The notes beneath the pieces were generated by a model, which was given only the letters and a program-made list of their open reading frames with translations, was not told the origin of the DNA and did not search any database. This document shows, one piece after another, positions 27,521 to 37,004 of a DNA stretch of 64,000 bases. Numbering within the stretch: the stretch's first letter is position 1; every line of letters begins with the position of its first letter. Source of the stretch: Albidovulum sp. (GTDB taxonomy: Bacteria; Pseudomonadota; Alphaproteobacteria; Rhodobacterales; Rhodobacteraceae); NCBI GenBank assembly GCA_049646285.1, contig JBARVN010000065.1:40-64039 (forward strand), read 5' to 3'. Made by a program: the position numbers and the translations under genes.

Positions 27521-28039
27521 ATGTTTGATATCGGCTGGAGTGAGCTGTTGCTCATCGGCATTGTGGCGCTGATCGTGGTTGGCCCCAAGGATTTGCCCGG
27601 CATGTTCCGGACACTGGGCCGGTTCACGGCAAAAGCACGCTCGATGGGGCGCGACTTTCAACGCGCTATGGATGACGCGGCCCGTGAGACCGGCATAAAT
27701 GAGACCGCTGCCGATCTCAAAGCAATGACAACCAAGAAAAGCCTTGGGCTGGATGCGCTGGAAGACGCTGCAAAGAAGTTCGAAAAGTGGGATCCGGCCA
27801 AGCCGTCGACATCGCCCAAAGGCCCCGCCACTCAAGCGCTGGCTGACAAGAAAGCTGCGGATGCGGCTTCGCGTCTGGCCGCGGCCAAACCGACGCCCGC
27901 GCCAAAGCCCGCAGTCGAAGCCAAACCCAAAGCGGTGGCAAAGCCGAAAGCAGCACCAAAGGCCACGGCCGCTAAATCGGCCGCGGCGCCTGTAAAGAAA
28001 GCGCCGGCCAAGCCGCGCGCGAAAAAGGGCGATGCATGA
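27521..28039 (+). CDS. tatB: twin-arginine translocase subunit TatB
   Basis: [26 protein letters not shown] is the TatB N-terminus. Ala/Lys/Pro-rich C-terminal tail. Confidence 0.9.
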   Translation: MFDIGWSELLLIGIVALIVVGPKDLPGMFRTLGRFTAKARSMGRDFQRAMDDAARETGINETAADLKAMTTKKSLGLDALEDAAKKFEKWDPAKPSTSPKGPATQALADKKAADAASRLAAAKPTPAPKPAVEAKPKAVAKPKAAPKATAAKSAAAPVKKAPAKPRAKKGDA

Positions 28040-28908
28040 CGACCGACGAGATCGAAGACAAGACGGCGCCGCTGATCGAGCATTTGACCGAGCTGCGGTC
28101 ACGCCTCATTTCGGCGGTTCTGGCCTTTATCGTGGCTATGGTTGCGTGTTTCACCGTTGCTGATCCGATTTTCGACTTTCTGACCCGACCGATCTGCTCT
28201 GCTTTGGCGGATCGTGGGCAGGATTGCAGCCTTGCTATGATCAAGTTGCAGGAAGGCTTCTTTGTCGCGATCCGGATTTCGTTTCTCGGTGGTTTCGCGC
28301 TGGCTTTTCCATTCATCGGCTATCAGCTTTGGCGCTTCGTGGCGCCGGGGCTGTACAAGACTGAAAAAAATGCATTTTTGCCGTTTCTTGTTGCCTCACC
28401 CGTGATGTTCTTTCTTGGTGCGGCATTTGCCTATTATGTCATCCTGCCTTTGGCCTTCACGTTCTTTCTGGGCTTTCAAAAGCCAGGATCAGTTCCGGTT
28501 GACGGCGTGGTCGATGGGGCTGCTGCAGGAATTGCGTTTCTTGGGTCCATCGAAGAATATCTGGCGCTGACCATCAAATTCGTCATGGCCTTCGGCATCT
28601 GTTTTCAGCTGCCGGTGCTTTTGACGCTGATGGGCAAATCTGGCCTGGTATCCGCCGCCGGTCTGGCCGGGGTACGCAAATACGCGATGGTTGCCATTCT
28701 GGTTGTGGCTGCGGTGGCCACGCCACCTGATGTCGTCTCACAGGTCATTCTTTTTGTCGTGGTCTACGGGCTATATGAAGTGTCGATCCTTTTGGTTCGG
28801 CGGGTTGAAAAGATCCGCGAAGCCAAGCTGCGCGCCGAAGGCCTGTGGTTTGAGGATGACGAAGAGGAAGAGGCGTCCGAAGGTGACGACGCCGCACCAA
28901 AGCCATGA
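28036..28908 (+). CDS. tatC: twin-arginine translocase subunit TatC
   Basis: [14 protein letters not shown] start and a six-TM TatC pattern. ATGA overlap with tatB. Confidence 0.95.
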   Translation: MTTDEIEDKTAPLIEHLTELRSRLISAVLAFIVAMVACFTVADPIFDFLTRPICSALADRGQDCSLAMIKLQEGFFVAIRISFLGGFALAFPFIGYQLWRFVAPGLYKTEKNAFLPFLVASPVMFFLGAAFAYYVILPLAFTFFLGFQKPGSVPVDGVVDGAAAGIAFLGSIEEYLALTIKFVMAFGICFQLPVLLTLMGKSGLVSAAGLAGVRKYAMVAILVVAAVATPPDVVSQVILFVVVYGLYEVSILLVRRVEKIREAKLRAEGLWFEDDEEEEASEGDDAAPKP

Positions 28909-29747
28909 GCAGGGCGGCCCTGACCCGTATTGCCGAGGCGCTTGAACGCATGGCCCCGGTGCCGGATCAGGCACCGGACTTTGATGCGGCTGACGCCTTT
29001 GTCTGGCATGTAGGGCCGGATCGGTTGGAACCGGTTTGCGATGTCTCTCGGGTTGATCTGCCGCTTTTGGTGGGAATAGACCGCTCACGCGATACCTTGC
29101 TGGCCAACTCGGTGCAGTTCGCGCGCGGACTGCCCGCCAACAACGCGCTTTTGTGGGGTGCGCGCGGCATGGGGAAATCCTCGCTGGTTAAGGCTGTCCA
29201 TGCCGAAGTGCTTCGCCTTGGGAACAGGTTGAAGATTGTCGAGCTGAGCCGGGAAGACCTGCCGTCCGTCACGCGGCTATTGGCGTATCTGCGGACCGCA
29301 AGCGATCATCGGTTTTTGCTTTTTTGTGACGACCTGTCGTTTTCTCATGACGATCAGCACTATAAATCGCTGAAAGCAGTTCTGGACGGCGGCATCGAGG
29401 GGCGGCCCGCGAATGTACTATTTTACGCCACCTCAAATCGCCGCCATTTGATGCCGCGCGACATGATCGAGAATGAGCGATCAACCGCGATCAGCCCGTC
29501 TGAGGCGGTGGAAGAGAAAGTATCACTCTCGGATCGTTTTGGTTTGTGGCTAGGCTTTCACCCGTGTTCGCAAGACGACTATCTGGCGATGATCCGAGGG
29601 TATTGCGATGCGCACGGCGTGACGATCGAAGATGCGGCGCTGCGCGCCGAAGCGATTGAATGGCAAGCCACCCGCGGCGCGCGTTCCGGCCGTGTGGCCT
29701 GGCAATACTTTACCGATCTTGCCGGACGTCGCGGCGTGACGCTCTGA
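28905..29747 (+). CDS. DUF815 family AAA-type ATP-binding protein
   Basis: Walker [15 protein letters not shown], Walker B-like [10 protein letters not shown] and a SNRRHL segment typical of DUF815. ATGA overlap with the tatC stop. Confidence 0.85.
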   Translation: MSRAALTRIAEALERMAPVPDQAPDFDAADAFVWHVGPDRLEPVCDVSRVDLPLLVGIDRSRDTLLANSVQFARGLPANNALLWGARGMGKSSLVKAVHAEVLRLGNRLKIVELSREDLPSVTRLLAYLRTASDHRFLLFCDDLSFSHDDQHYKSLKAVLDGGIEGRPANVLFYATSNRRHLMPRDMIENERSTAISPSEAVEEKVSLSDRFGLWLGFHPCSQDDYLAMIRGYCDAHGVTIEDAALRAEAIEWQATRGARSGRVAWQYFTDLAGRRGVTL

Positions 29748-29789
29748 ACGGTCGCATTGACGAGCGCTTCGGTGGCACCCGCCAGTGCT

Positions 29790-30458
29790 CTATGCCTTCA
29801 CGAGCGTGAATTCCGCCTGACGGCTGTTGTTGATCACGCGTCTTGCATTGGGAAGGTCGTTGCCCTCAACCTTTTCGCTCGCGGTTGACATGTCGAAGCC
29901 ATGATCAGCCCACCGCTGCAACAAACGCGCGCGTAGGGTGGTTTCATCGCATTCAATCATCACTGTTACATCGAAATGCGGACCAAGCCGCGCCCATGGC
30001 TCTTCCTTCAAAAGAATGTAGTTGCCTTCAAGCAGAATAATCCTTGTGTGGCGGTTGATGAGACGTGCATTGGCGCGGGACAATTCCATAGCTCTGTCAA
30101 ATACCGGGACAGGCACATCCTCGGTCAAATAGGCCTTGGTCAGCCGAACCAATGTCAGCTCCAGGCCCACAACGTCGAAGGTGTCTGGTGCGCCTTTTCT
30201 GTGCCCACGGCCCAACTCGGCCAGAACCGCGTCATCGTAGTGAAACCCGTCCATTGGGACGACTTGCACTTTTTGGCCATGTGTTCGTTCTAAATCTATC
30301 TGCAGGTCGTCGGCTGCCGTGGATTTCCCGCTTCCCGGTGCGCCGGCGATGGCCACGATCAGTCTTGACGATTTGGCGCGTTTGGCGATTTCAATCGCAA
30401 GCCTTTTCAGAACAACAGTGTTTTGAGGGTTGGTCATATGATGTTCAACTTCGCCCAT
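29790..30458 (-). CDS. P-loop nucleoside/nucleotide-kinase family protein (FrcK-like putative sugar kinase)
   Basis: Walker A IAGAPGSGKST, PMDGFHYDD and ILLEGNY motifs of the PRK/uridine-kinase fold. It is the last gene of the polyol operon. The start may be 30458 or 30437. Confidence 0.72.
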   Translation of the reverse strand: MGEVEHHMTNPQNTVVLKRLAIEIAKRAKSSRLIVAIAGAPGSGKSTAADDLQIDLERTHGQKVQVVPMDGFHYDDAVLAELGRGHRKGAPDTFDVVGLELTLVRLTKAYLTEDVPVPVFDRAMELSRANARLINRHTRIILLEGNYILLKEEPWARLGPHFDVTVMIECDETTLRARLLQRWADHGFDMSTASEKVEGNDLPNARRVINNSRQAEFTLVKA

Positions 30459-30467
30459 GCCCGTCCA

Positions 30468-31976
30468 TCAAGACGCCCGCCTTGTCTGGCCAGTATATGC
30501 CATTAATGCGGCTTTGGTGCCATCGCGCCAGACCAACGTCAGCCAGCGAGAAAATGCTTGGGCAAAATGAGGATCGTCAGCCAAGTCGCCATAGATCTGA
30601 CGCATCTCCAGCCAGGCCCTTGGCTGTGATTTCGCGCGGATTGCCACCTCACATAACCGGTGCCAGTGCGGATCATTTGGTTCGATCACTGTGCCATTTT
30701 CGCGCGTACCGGCACACATCCGCGCCCAGAGCGCTTCAATAAGCGCGAGCCCGTTGACCGAGCCCCCAGAGGCCAGCGCATCGCGCACGATCGGCAGGAC
30801 AAAGCCGGGATGCCGTGAGGATCCGTCAAATGCCACGCGACGCGTCGTGTCGCGGATTTTCGGATTTGCAAACCGCTTGCCGATCAAGGCGAGGTAGTCT
30901 TGCGGCGCAATGCCTTCTGCCGCGTCAACGTAGTGTAAGATTTCCTCGGTCTGCACTTTGTGAAAGAACGCGGCGATCAGGGGGTCGGCCATACAATCGG
31001 CAATCATCCCTGCACCCAGAAGCTCGCCCGCGTTGGCCAAGATCTGATGGCCGGCATTCAGGATGCGGATCTTCATGCTCTCATAGGCGTGCACATTGTC
31101 CGTGATCGTAACGCCAGCCTGTTCCCAAGGGGGGCGGCCTGCGCAATACTGGTCTTCGATCACCCATTGGCGGTAGTATTCGTGGGTAACAGGGGCGGCG
31201 TCATCAACGCCGAGATCCCGGACAAAGGCCATTTCCGCCTCGCCCGTGGCGGGGACGATGCAATCGACCATCGAATTGGGAAAGCGGGACGTCTCATCGA
31301 TCCATTGCGCGAGGTCGGGATCGCTCTGTCGCGCCAGTTCGACGACGGTGCGCCGCAAGATGTCGCCGTTGCCCTGCAGGTTGTCGCAGCATAGGCCCGT
31401 AAAGGGGGGATGCCCTGCATCCCGCCTTGCGCGATAGGCCGCGATCATTGCACCAAACGCCGTGACCGGGCGGTCAGGGTTGGCAATGTCATGGGCGACG
31501 TCGGGGTGGTTGATATCAAGCCCGCCAGCCGCCAATTGGTAATAGCCCCCTTCGGTGACGGTCAAGGACACGATGCGGATTTGGGGGTCCGACATTGCCG
31601 CGATAAGCGGCGCATTTTCGGGGTGAACCTCGACAAAATCGATCATGGATCCGATGACCTCGACCGACGTACTTTCGGGATCCAATTCCACAAGGGTCGT
31701 CAGGCAGTCTTGTGCCAGAAGCCGCTCGCGCATCTCTGCATCGCCAGCGCGGACGCCCGCGCCGATGATGGCCCAGTCATGCGCCACACCTTTTTGCATA
31801 AGCCTGTGCAGATACCATGCCTGATGGGCGCGGTGGAAATTTCCCAAACCGATGTGAACAATCCCGGGACTTAGTTTTGATCGGTCGTAGGCCGGGATGG
31901 ATACCTGATCGGGCAGATCGCCAAGGGTGGCGTCAGAGAGCTTTATCGCGGGTTTGATTTTTGCTTGATCCGTCAT
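30468..31976 (-). CDS. mtlK: mannitol 2-dehydrogenase (long-chain mannitol dehydrogenase family)
   Basis: 502 aa. N-terminal Rossmann motif IVHIGLGNFHRAH and mannitol-DH family C-terminal domain. Position after smoS matches the Rhodobacter sphaeroides polyol operon. Confidence 0.9.
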   Translation of the reverse strand: MTDQAKIKPAIKLSDATLGDLPDQVSIPAYDRSKLSPGIVHIGLGNFHRAHQAWYLHRLMQKGVAHDWAIIGAGVRAGDAEMRERLLAQDCLTTLVELDPESTSVEVIGSMIDFVEVHPENAPLIAAMSDPQIRIVSLTVTEGGYYQLAAGGLDINHPDVAHDIANPDRPVTAFGAMIAAYRARRDAGHPPFTGLCCDNLQGNGDILRRTVVELARQSDPDLAQWIDETSRFPNSMVDCIVPATGEAEMAFVRDLGVDDAAPVTHEYYRQWVIEDQYCAGRPPWEQAGVTITDNVHAYESMKIRILNAGHQILANAGELLGAGMIADCMADPLIAAFFHKVQTEEILHYVDAAEGIAPQDYLALIGKRFANPKIRDTTRRVAFDGSSRHPGFVLPIVRDALASGGSVNGLALIEALWARMCAGTRENGTVIEPNDPHWHRLCEVAIRAKSQPRAWLEMRQIYGDLADDPHFAQAFSRWLTLVWRDGTKAALMAYTGQTRRAS

Positions 31977-32749
31977 CAGCTCATCCAGTTTCCGCCATCA
32001 ACGTTGTAGGTCTGTGCCACAACATAAGTGGCGTCATCGCTGGCAAGAAAAACCGCCATTCCGGTCAGATCCTCGGCCGTGCCCATCCGCCCGAAGGGAA
32101 CGGCATCGCCAACTTCTTTCTTCTTTTGTCCGGGGGCTTTGCCCTCGTATTTGGCAAAGAAGGCATCGACACCGTCCCAGTGTTCGCCATCGACGACACC
32201 GGGCGCGATGGCGTTCACGTTGATGCCGTGCCGGATCAGGTTCAGCCCCGCCGATTGGGTCAGTGAAATGACGGCTGCCTTGCTGGCACAATAGACCGCG
32301 ACAAGGCTTTCCCCCCGGCGACCGGCCTGTGAGGCCATGTTGATGATGCGGCCTTTGATGCCCTGTTCGATCATGTGCTTTGCGACGGCTTGCAAGGTGA
32401 ACAGCGTACCGCCAACATTGATGTCAAAGACGCGCGTGTAGTCTTCGCGCGTGATCTCATCAATCGGAGCCGCTGCGAAGATTGCGGCATTGTTGATCAG
32501 AATGTCTATCTGCCCAAAGGCCTCTACTGTGGCTGCGACGCCTGCATCAATACTGGCCTGTTGTGTGACATCCATTTGCACGGCAAGGGCGGATGCTCCC
32601 ATGCTCAGGCCGGCTGCCTGCGCGCGTTCCAAATCAATATCGGCAATCGCAACCTGCGCACCCTCGGCCACGTATGCCTTGGCAAAGGCCAATCCGATGC
32701 CGCGCGCGGCCCCGGTGATCAGTGCGGTTTTTCCGGCCAATCTCATCAC
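31976..32749 (-). CDS. smoS: sorbitol dehydrogenase (SDR family)
   Basis: [64 protein letters not shown] and the [11 protein letters not shown]-terminus closely match my recollection of R. sphaeroides SmoS. Confidence 0.9.
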   Translation of the reverse strand: MMRLAGKTALITGAARGIGLAFAKAYVAEGAQVAIADIDLERAQAAGLSMGASALAVQMDVTQQASIDAGVAATVEAFGQIDILINNAAIFAAAPIDEITREDYTRVFDINVGGTLFTLQAVAKHMIEQGIKGRIINMASQAGRRGESLVAVYCASKAAVISLTQSAGLNLIRHGINVNAIAPGVVDGEHWDGVDAFFAKYEGKAPGQKKKEVGDAVPFGRMGTAEDLTGMAVFLASDDATYVVAQTYNVDGGNWMS

Positions 32750-33750
32750 GCTATCCGCAGACCTTGGGTATCAAACCGGTGGAATTCTTCGGCCCTTGGG
32801 TTCAGGTGAATCCTGTCGCCATGCTTAAGGCTGACATCGCCAATGGCACGCACCGTCAGCGTTTCGGCCAAGCCTGTATTGTGGATGTGAAAAAACGTGT
32901 CGGACCCAAGGTGTTCGGCTACACCCACGGTGCCTTGCCACTGCCCATCACGTTCAACAACGTCAATATGTTCCGGGCGGATACCGATGGTGTGGGCGTT
33001 GTGTTTTACCGCCTCATCGCCGGTGATCAGGTTCATCTTGGGCGATCCGATGAAACCCGCCACGAATGTGTTGCACGGGGTACGGTAAAGCTCCAGCGGG
33101 GATCCGACCTGTTCGATGACGCCTGCGTGCAACACGACGATCTTATCCGCCATCGTCATCGCCTCGACCTGGTCATGGGTCACATAGACCATCGTGGTTT
33201 CAAGCCGTTTGTGCAGCTCGCTGATCTCAAGGCGCATGCCAACACGCAACGCCGCGTCAAGGTTCGACAGGGGTTCGTCGAACAAGAACGCGGCCGGTTC
33301 ACGCACAATCGCGCGGCCAATGGCAACACGCTGGCGCTGACCGCCAGACAACTGGCCCGGACGGCGGTCGAGATAGTCCGTCAGGTTCAGCACGGCGGCT
33401 GCGTTCTCAACCCGCTTTTTGATCTCCGCGGGATCCATTTTGGCCATTCGAAGCGGGAAGGCGATATTCTTGCGAACCGACATATGTGGGTAAAGCGCGT
33501 AGGACTGAAACACCATCGCAAGGCCGCGTTTGGCAGGCACCACGTCAGTCGCATCTTTTCCGTCGATCTCAATATGACCGGTGGTGATGTCTTCAAGCCC
33601 GGCAATCAGGCGCAGCAGCGTGGACTTGCCACAGCCCGACGGGCCGACGAAAACGGTAAACTCGCCATCCTGAATGGTCAGATCCAGCGGAGGAATGACC
33701 TGCGTGTCGCCGAAACTCTTGGTGACCTGCTTGAGTTGAATTTGTCCCAT
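32746..33750 (-). CDS. smoK: polyol/sugar ABC transporter ATP-binding protein
   Basis: [32 protein letters not shown] and [12 protein letters not shown] motifs. MalK-type C-terminal domain. Confidence 0.93.
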   Translation of the reverse strand: MGQIQLKQVTKSFGDTQVIPPLDLTIQDGEFTVFVGPSGCGKSTLLRLIAGLEDITTGHIEIDGKDATDVVPAKRGLAMVFQSYALYPHMSVRKNIAFPLRMAKMDPAEIKKRVENAAAVLNLTDYLDRRPGQLSGGQRQRVAIGRAIVREPAAFLFDEPLSNLDAALRVGMRLEISELHKRLETTMVYVTHDQVEAMTMADKIVVLHAGVIEQVGSPLELYRTPCNTFVAGFIGSPKMNLITGDEAVKHNAHTIGIRPEHIDVVERDGQWQGTVGVAEHLGSDTFFHIHNTGLAETLTVRAIGDVSLKHGDRIHLNPRAEEFHRFDTQGLRIA

Positions 33751-33762
33751 GTGTCAGCTTCC

Positions 33763-34593
33763 TTACTTCACGGCGCCAAATGTCAGGCCGCGGACAAGTT
33801 GTTTCTGGCTGAACCAGCCAAGGATGAGGATCGGTGCAATCGCCATGGTCGAGGCCGCGCTTAGCTTCGCAAAGAACAAGCCTTCGGGGCTGGAATAGCT
33901 GGCAATGAAAGCCGTGAGCGGGGCCGCGTTGGCCGCCGTAAGATTCAGCGTCCAGAAGGCTTCGTTCCACGCAAGGATGAAATTCAACAGCAAAGTTGAT
34001 GCGATTCCGGGAATGGCCATCGGCGTCAGCACATAAAGGATTTCCTCTCTCAACGTGGCGCCATCCATCCGGGCCGCTTCCAGAATTTCTCCGGGAATTT
34101 CCTTGAAATAGGTATAGAGCATCCAGACGATGATCGGCAGGTTGATCAGCATCAACACCACCATCAGACCTCCTCGGGTGTCGAGCAGGTTGAACTGGAC
34201 GAAGATCAAAGAGATCGGGTAAAGCACCCCCACTGCGGGCAGCATTTTGGTCGAGAGCATCCAAAGCAGAATATCCTTGGTCCTGATCGACGGCACAAAG
34301 GCCATGGACCAGGCTGCAGGGATCGCCACCAGAATGCCAAGGATCGTTGATCCGCCAGCGATGATGACCGAATTCCACAAGAATTTCATGTAGTCAGAGC
34401 GTTCTTGCACGACCGCGTAGTTTTCCAATGTCCAGTCAAAGGCGAAGAACAAGGGCGGGTCGTTGATCGCCTGTGCTTCGGTCTTGAAGCTGGTAAGCAT
34501 GGTCCAATAGATTGGAAAGAAGATGATCAGGCCAATCGTCCATGCGGCGGCCGTGGTGATGATCTTGCGCTGGGTTGTGACGGATCGTGCCAT
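33763..34593 (-). CDS. smoG: carbohydrate ABC transporter permease
   Basis: 276 aa, 6 TM, EAA-loop (EAARMDGATLRE). Confidence 0.9.
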   Translation of the reverse strand: MARSVTTQRKIITTAAAWTIGLIIFFPIYWTMLTSFKTEAQAINDPPLFFAFDWTLENYAVVQERSDYMKFLWNSVIIAGGSTILGILVAIPAAWSMAFVPSIRTKDILLWMLSTKMLPAVGVLYPISLIFVQFNLLDTRGGLMVVLMLINLPIIVWMLYTYFKEIPGEILEAARMDGATLREEILYVLTPMAIPGIASTLLLNFILAWNEAFWTLNLTAANAAPLTAFIASYSSPEGLFFAKLSAASTMAIAPILILGWFSQKQLVRGLTFGAVK

Positions 34594-34605
34594 ATCTCAA
34601 GCTCC

Positions 34606-35484
34606 TCAAGCGTCCAGGTTCTTGCCGACGATGCGCATCAGGAAGATGGCAACAATGTTGGCAAGGATGATGGCGTAAACACCGCCCGCAGATCCCAACC
34701 CGATATTCTGACTGTCGATGACCCGCTGGAAGATGAGATAGGTCAGGGTGCGGGTGCCAAAGGCGCCGCCGGTGGTCACGAAGATCTCTGCAAAGACCGA
34801 CAGAAGAAAGATCGTTTGAATAAGGACCACGATGGTGATGGCGCGGGCCAGATGCGGCAGCACGATGTGCCAGAACCGCTTGATCACCGGGGCGCCGTCC
34901 ATCTCGGCCGCTTCCAGCTGTTCGCTGTCAAGCGACTGGATCGCGGTCAGCAAGATCAGCGTGGCAAAGGGCAGCCACTGCCACGATACGATCATGACGA
35001 TGGAGCTGAGTGAGGCGTCCTGTAGCCATGCGACAGGTTCAGCCCCAAAGAACCGCCAGAGATGGGCAAACATGCCGTTGACGGGGTCCATCATCATGTT
35101 TTTCCACACCAATGCGGACACAGTGGGCATCACGAAGAATGGCGCGATGACGAGGATGCGTACGATGCCTTGGCCCCACATTGGCTGGTCCAGCAATATG
35201 GCCAGCAAGATCCCCAGCACCACAGTGATCAAAAGGACGCCGCCGACCATCACAAGCGTTGTTTGCACGGACGGCCAAAAGGAACTTGAGGACATAAACC
35301 GGCTGTAATTTGAAAAGCCAACCCAATCCAGGCCATTTTCAATACTGTCACCCCGCAGCGGCAGGTATTTTGTAAACGAAAACCAGAGCGTCATGATGAG
35401 AGGGACCAGCATCCAGCCCAAGAGCAGGACCACAGCGGGTGCCATCATGATGCGAGCGGCGGATCTGGATGCTTTGGTGGCCAT
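34606..35484 (-). CDS. smoF: carbohydrate ABC transporter permease
   Basis: EAA-loop (EAAEMDGAPVIKRFWHIVLP). Start set at ATG 35484 (MATKASRSAARIMMAP) with a GGAGAGG RBS. The 66 N-terminal residues of the ORF-track version are Arg/Pro-rich and implausible. Confidence 0.9.
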   Translation of the reverse strand: MATKASRSAARIMMAPAVVLLLGWMLVPLIMTLWFSFTKYLPLRGDSIENGLDWVGFSNYSRFMSSSSFWPSVQTTLVMVGGVLLITVVLGILLAILLDQPMWGQGIVRILVIAPFFVMPTVSALVWKNMMMDPVNGMFAHLWRFFGAEPVAWLQDASLSSIVMIVSWQWLPFATLILLTAIQSLDSEQLEAAEMDGAPVIKRFWHIVLPHLARAITIVVLIQTIFLLSVFAEIFVTTGGAFGTRTLTYLIFQRVIDSQNIGLGSAGGVYAIILANIVAIFLMRIVGKNLDA

Positions 35485-35596
35485 AGGGCGGTCCTCTCCT
35501 GCAGACGGGCGTGCCATCTTGGATGGTATCAAGGACAAAAACGAATGTCGTGGGGTCAAAGGGCGACGCTGTCGTCGCCCTCTGACCGGTGGACGC

Positions 35597-36910
35597 TTAG
35601 CGGTAGCCGGCGGCTTCCATTGCGTCGTTGGTGATCGCCTGAGCCTTCGCAAGCGCTTCTTCGACGGTCTGCTGACCAGCATAGGCTGCCGAGAACTCCT
35701 GGCTCACTTCGGTTGCGATGCCTGCGAACTCCGGAATGGCCGCGAACTGGATGCCAACATAGGGGCTTGGGTCCACGGTGGAGTTGTTCGGATCAGCCGA
35801 CAGGATCGAATCCAGCGTCATCTGTGCGAAAGGAACCGCCAGATAGTCCGGGTTCTGGTACAGGGACGTACGCGCTCCCGGAGGCACATTGGCCCAACCT
35901 TCGTTGGCAGCAACCAGTTCGATGTAGTCCTTGGATGTGGCCCACTCGATGAACTGCTTGGCTTCTGCAGCTTTCTGAGTGCCTGCGGGAACGGCCAATG
36001 CCCAAGCCCAGAGCCAGTTGGAACGCTTGCCCAAACCGGTATCAGGGGCCAGAGCAAACCCGACGCTATCCGCCACGGTGGAATCCTTGCCAGTCACGAA
36101 AGAGGCCGCAACCGTCGCGTCAATCCACATGCCGCATTTGCCTTGGTTGAACAGGGACAGGTTTTCGTTGAAACCATTGGTTGCGTAACCGGCAGGGCCG
36201 GAGGCGTCCATCATGCCCTTGTAGAAGTTGAGCGTATTGGCCCACTGTTCGGTGTCGAACTGTGCGTTCCAGTCCATGTCGAACCAACGCGCGCCGAAGG
36301 AGTTGGACATTGCAGTGATGAATGCGCCACCTTCGCCCCACCCAGCTTTACCGCGAAGACAAATGCCGTTGATGTCATTATCTCGGTCGGTCATCGCAGC
36401 TGCTGCCTGGGCAATAAACTCCCATGTGGGGTCTTTCGGCATCTCAAGTCCGGCAGCCGCCATCAGGTCCGTGCGATACATGACCATCGAGCTTTCGCCG
36501 TAGAATGGTGCCGCAAACAATGTGCCGTCATAAGACAAACCACCCGCCATGGCGGGCAAAATGTCAGCGGCGTCATATTCTGCGGAAAGGTCGTTAAGCG
36601 GAACCAGCCAGCCGTTCTTGCCCCAGATCGGGGTTTCGTACATGCCGATTGTCATGATGTCGAACGCGCCGCCCTTGGTGGTGATGTCGGTCGTGACACG
36701 CTGGCGCAAGACGTTTTCTTCAAGTGTGACCCACTCGACGTCAATGCCTGTCTTTGCAGTAAAATCTTCAGTGTAGCCTTGCATGCGGATCATGTCGCCG
36801 TTGTTCACGGTTGCGATGGTGATCGTTTCTGCCTGGGCCACTGCGAATGTGCCGCTTGCGGTAATCAACGCAAGCGCTGTCGCAGCACGTAGAGTGCTAT
36901 TCAAAGACAT
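35597..36910 (-). CDS. smoE: polyol/sugar ABC transporter periplasmic substrate-binding protein
   Basis: Signal peptide MSLNSTLRAATALALITASGTFAVAQA and a family-1 extracellular solute-binding fold. GGGAGGA RBS before ATG 36910. Confidence 0.9.
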   Translation of the reverse strand: MSLNSTLRAATALALITASGTFAVAQAETITIATVNNGDMIRMQGYTEDFTAKTGIDVEWVTLEENVLRQRVTTDITTKGGAFDIMTIGMYETPIWGKNGWLVPLNDLSAEYDAADILPAMAGGLSYDGTLFAAPFYGESSMVMYRTDLMAAAGLEMPKDPTWEFIAQAAAAMTDRDNDINGICLRGKAGWGEGGAFITAMSNSFGARWFDMDWNAQFDTEQWANTLNFYKGMMDASGPAGYATNGFNENLSLFNQGKCGMWIDATVAASFVTGKDSTVADSVGFALAPDTGLGKRSNWLWAWALAVPAGTQKAAEAKQFIEWATSKDYIELVAANEGWANVPPGARTSLYQNPDYLAVPFAQMTLDSILSADPNNSTVDPSPYVGIQFAAIPEFAGIATEVSQEFSAAYAGQQTVEEALAKAQAITNDAMEAAGYR

Positions 36911-36977
36911 CCGGTATCCTCCCTGATTGGATGTGACGATCAAAACTAGTCGGACAGGCAACGCGGCGTCAACATAT

Positions 36978-36995
36978 ATTTTACGCGCGTAAAAT
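36978..36995. promoter_or_regulatory. perfect 18-bp palindrome ATTTTACGCGCGTAAAAT (candidate LacI-family operator)
   Basis: Read directly from the sequence. Located between the LacI-type gene stop (37005) and the smoE start (36910), with a central CG-rich core as in LacI/GalR operators. Confidence 0.5.
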
Positions 36996-37004
36996 GTTTT
37001 GCTA

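Noticed and set aside
27840-28036. Ala/Lys/Pro-rich histone-H1-like tail of TatB, together with the overlapping minus-strand ORFs 27275-28102, 27717-27959 and 27832-28083.
   Set aside because: Low-complexity C-terminal tails are common in TatB. The antisense ORFs are products of the repetitive GC-rich codons and overlap well-supported tatA/tatB.
32722-36892. Long plus-strand ORFs 32722-33864 (380 aa), 34405-35013 and 35393-36892 (499 aa).
   Set aside because: They are antisense to smoK, smoG/F and smoE, all of which have strong family motifs and proper RBSs. The plus-strand translations are Arg/Gly/His/Val-rich and lack recognisable domains.
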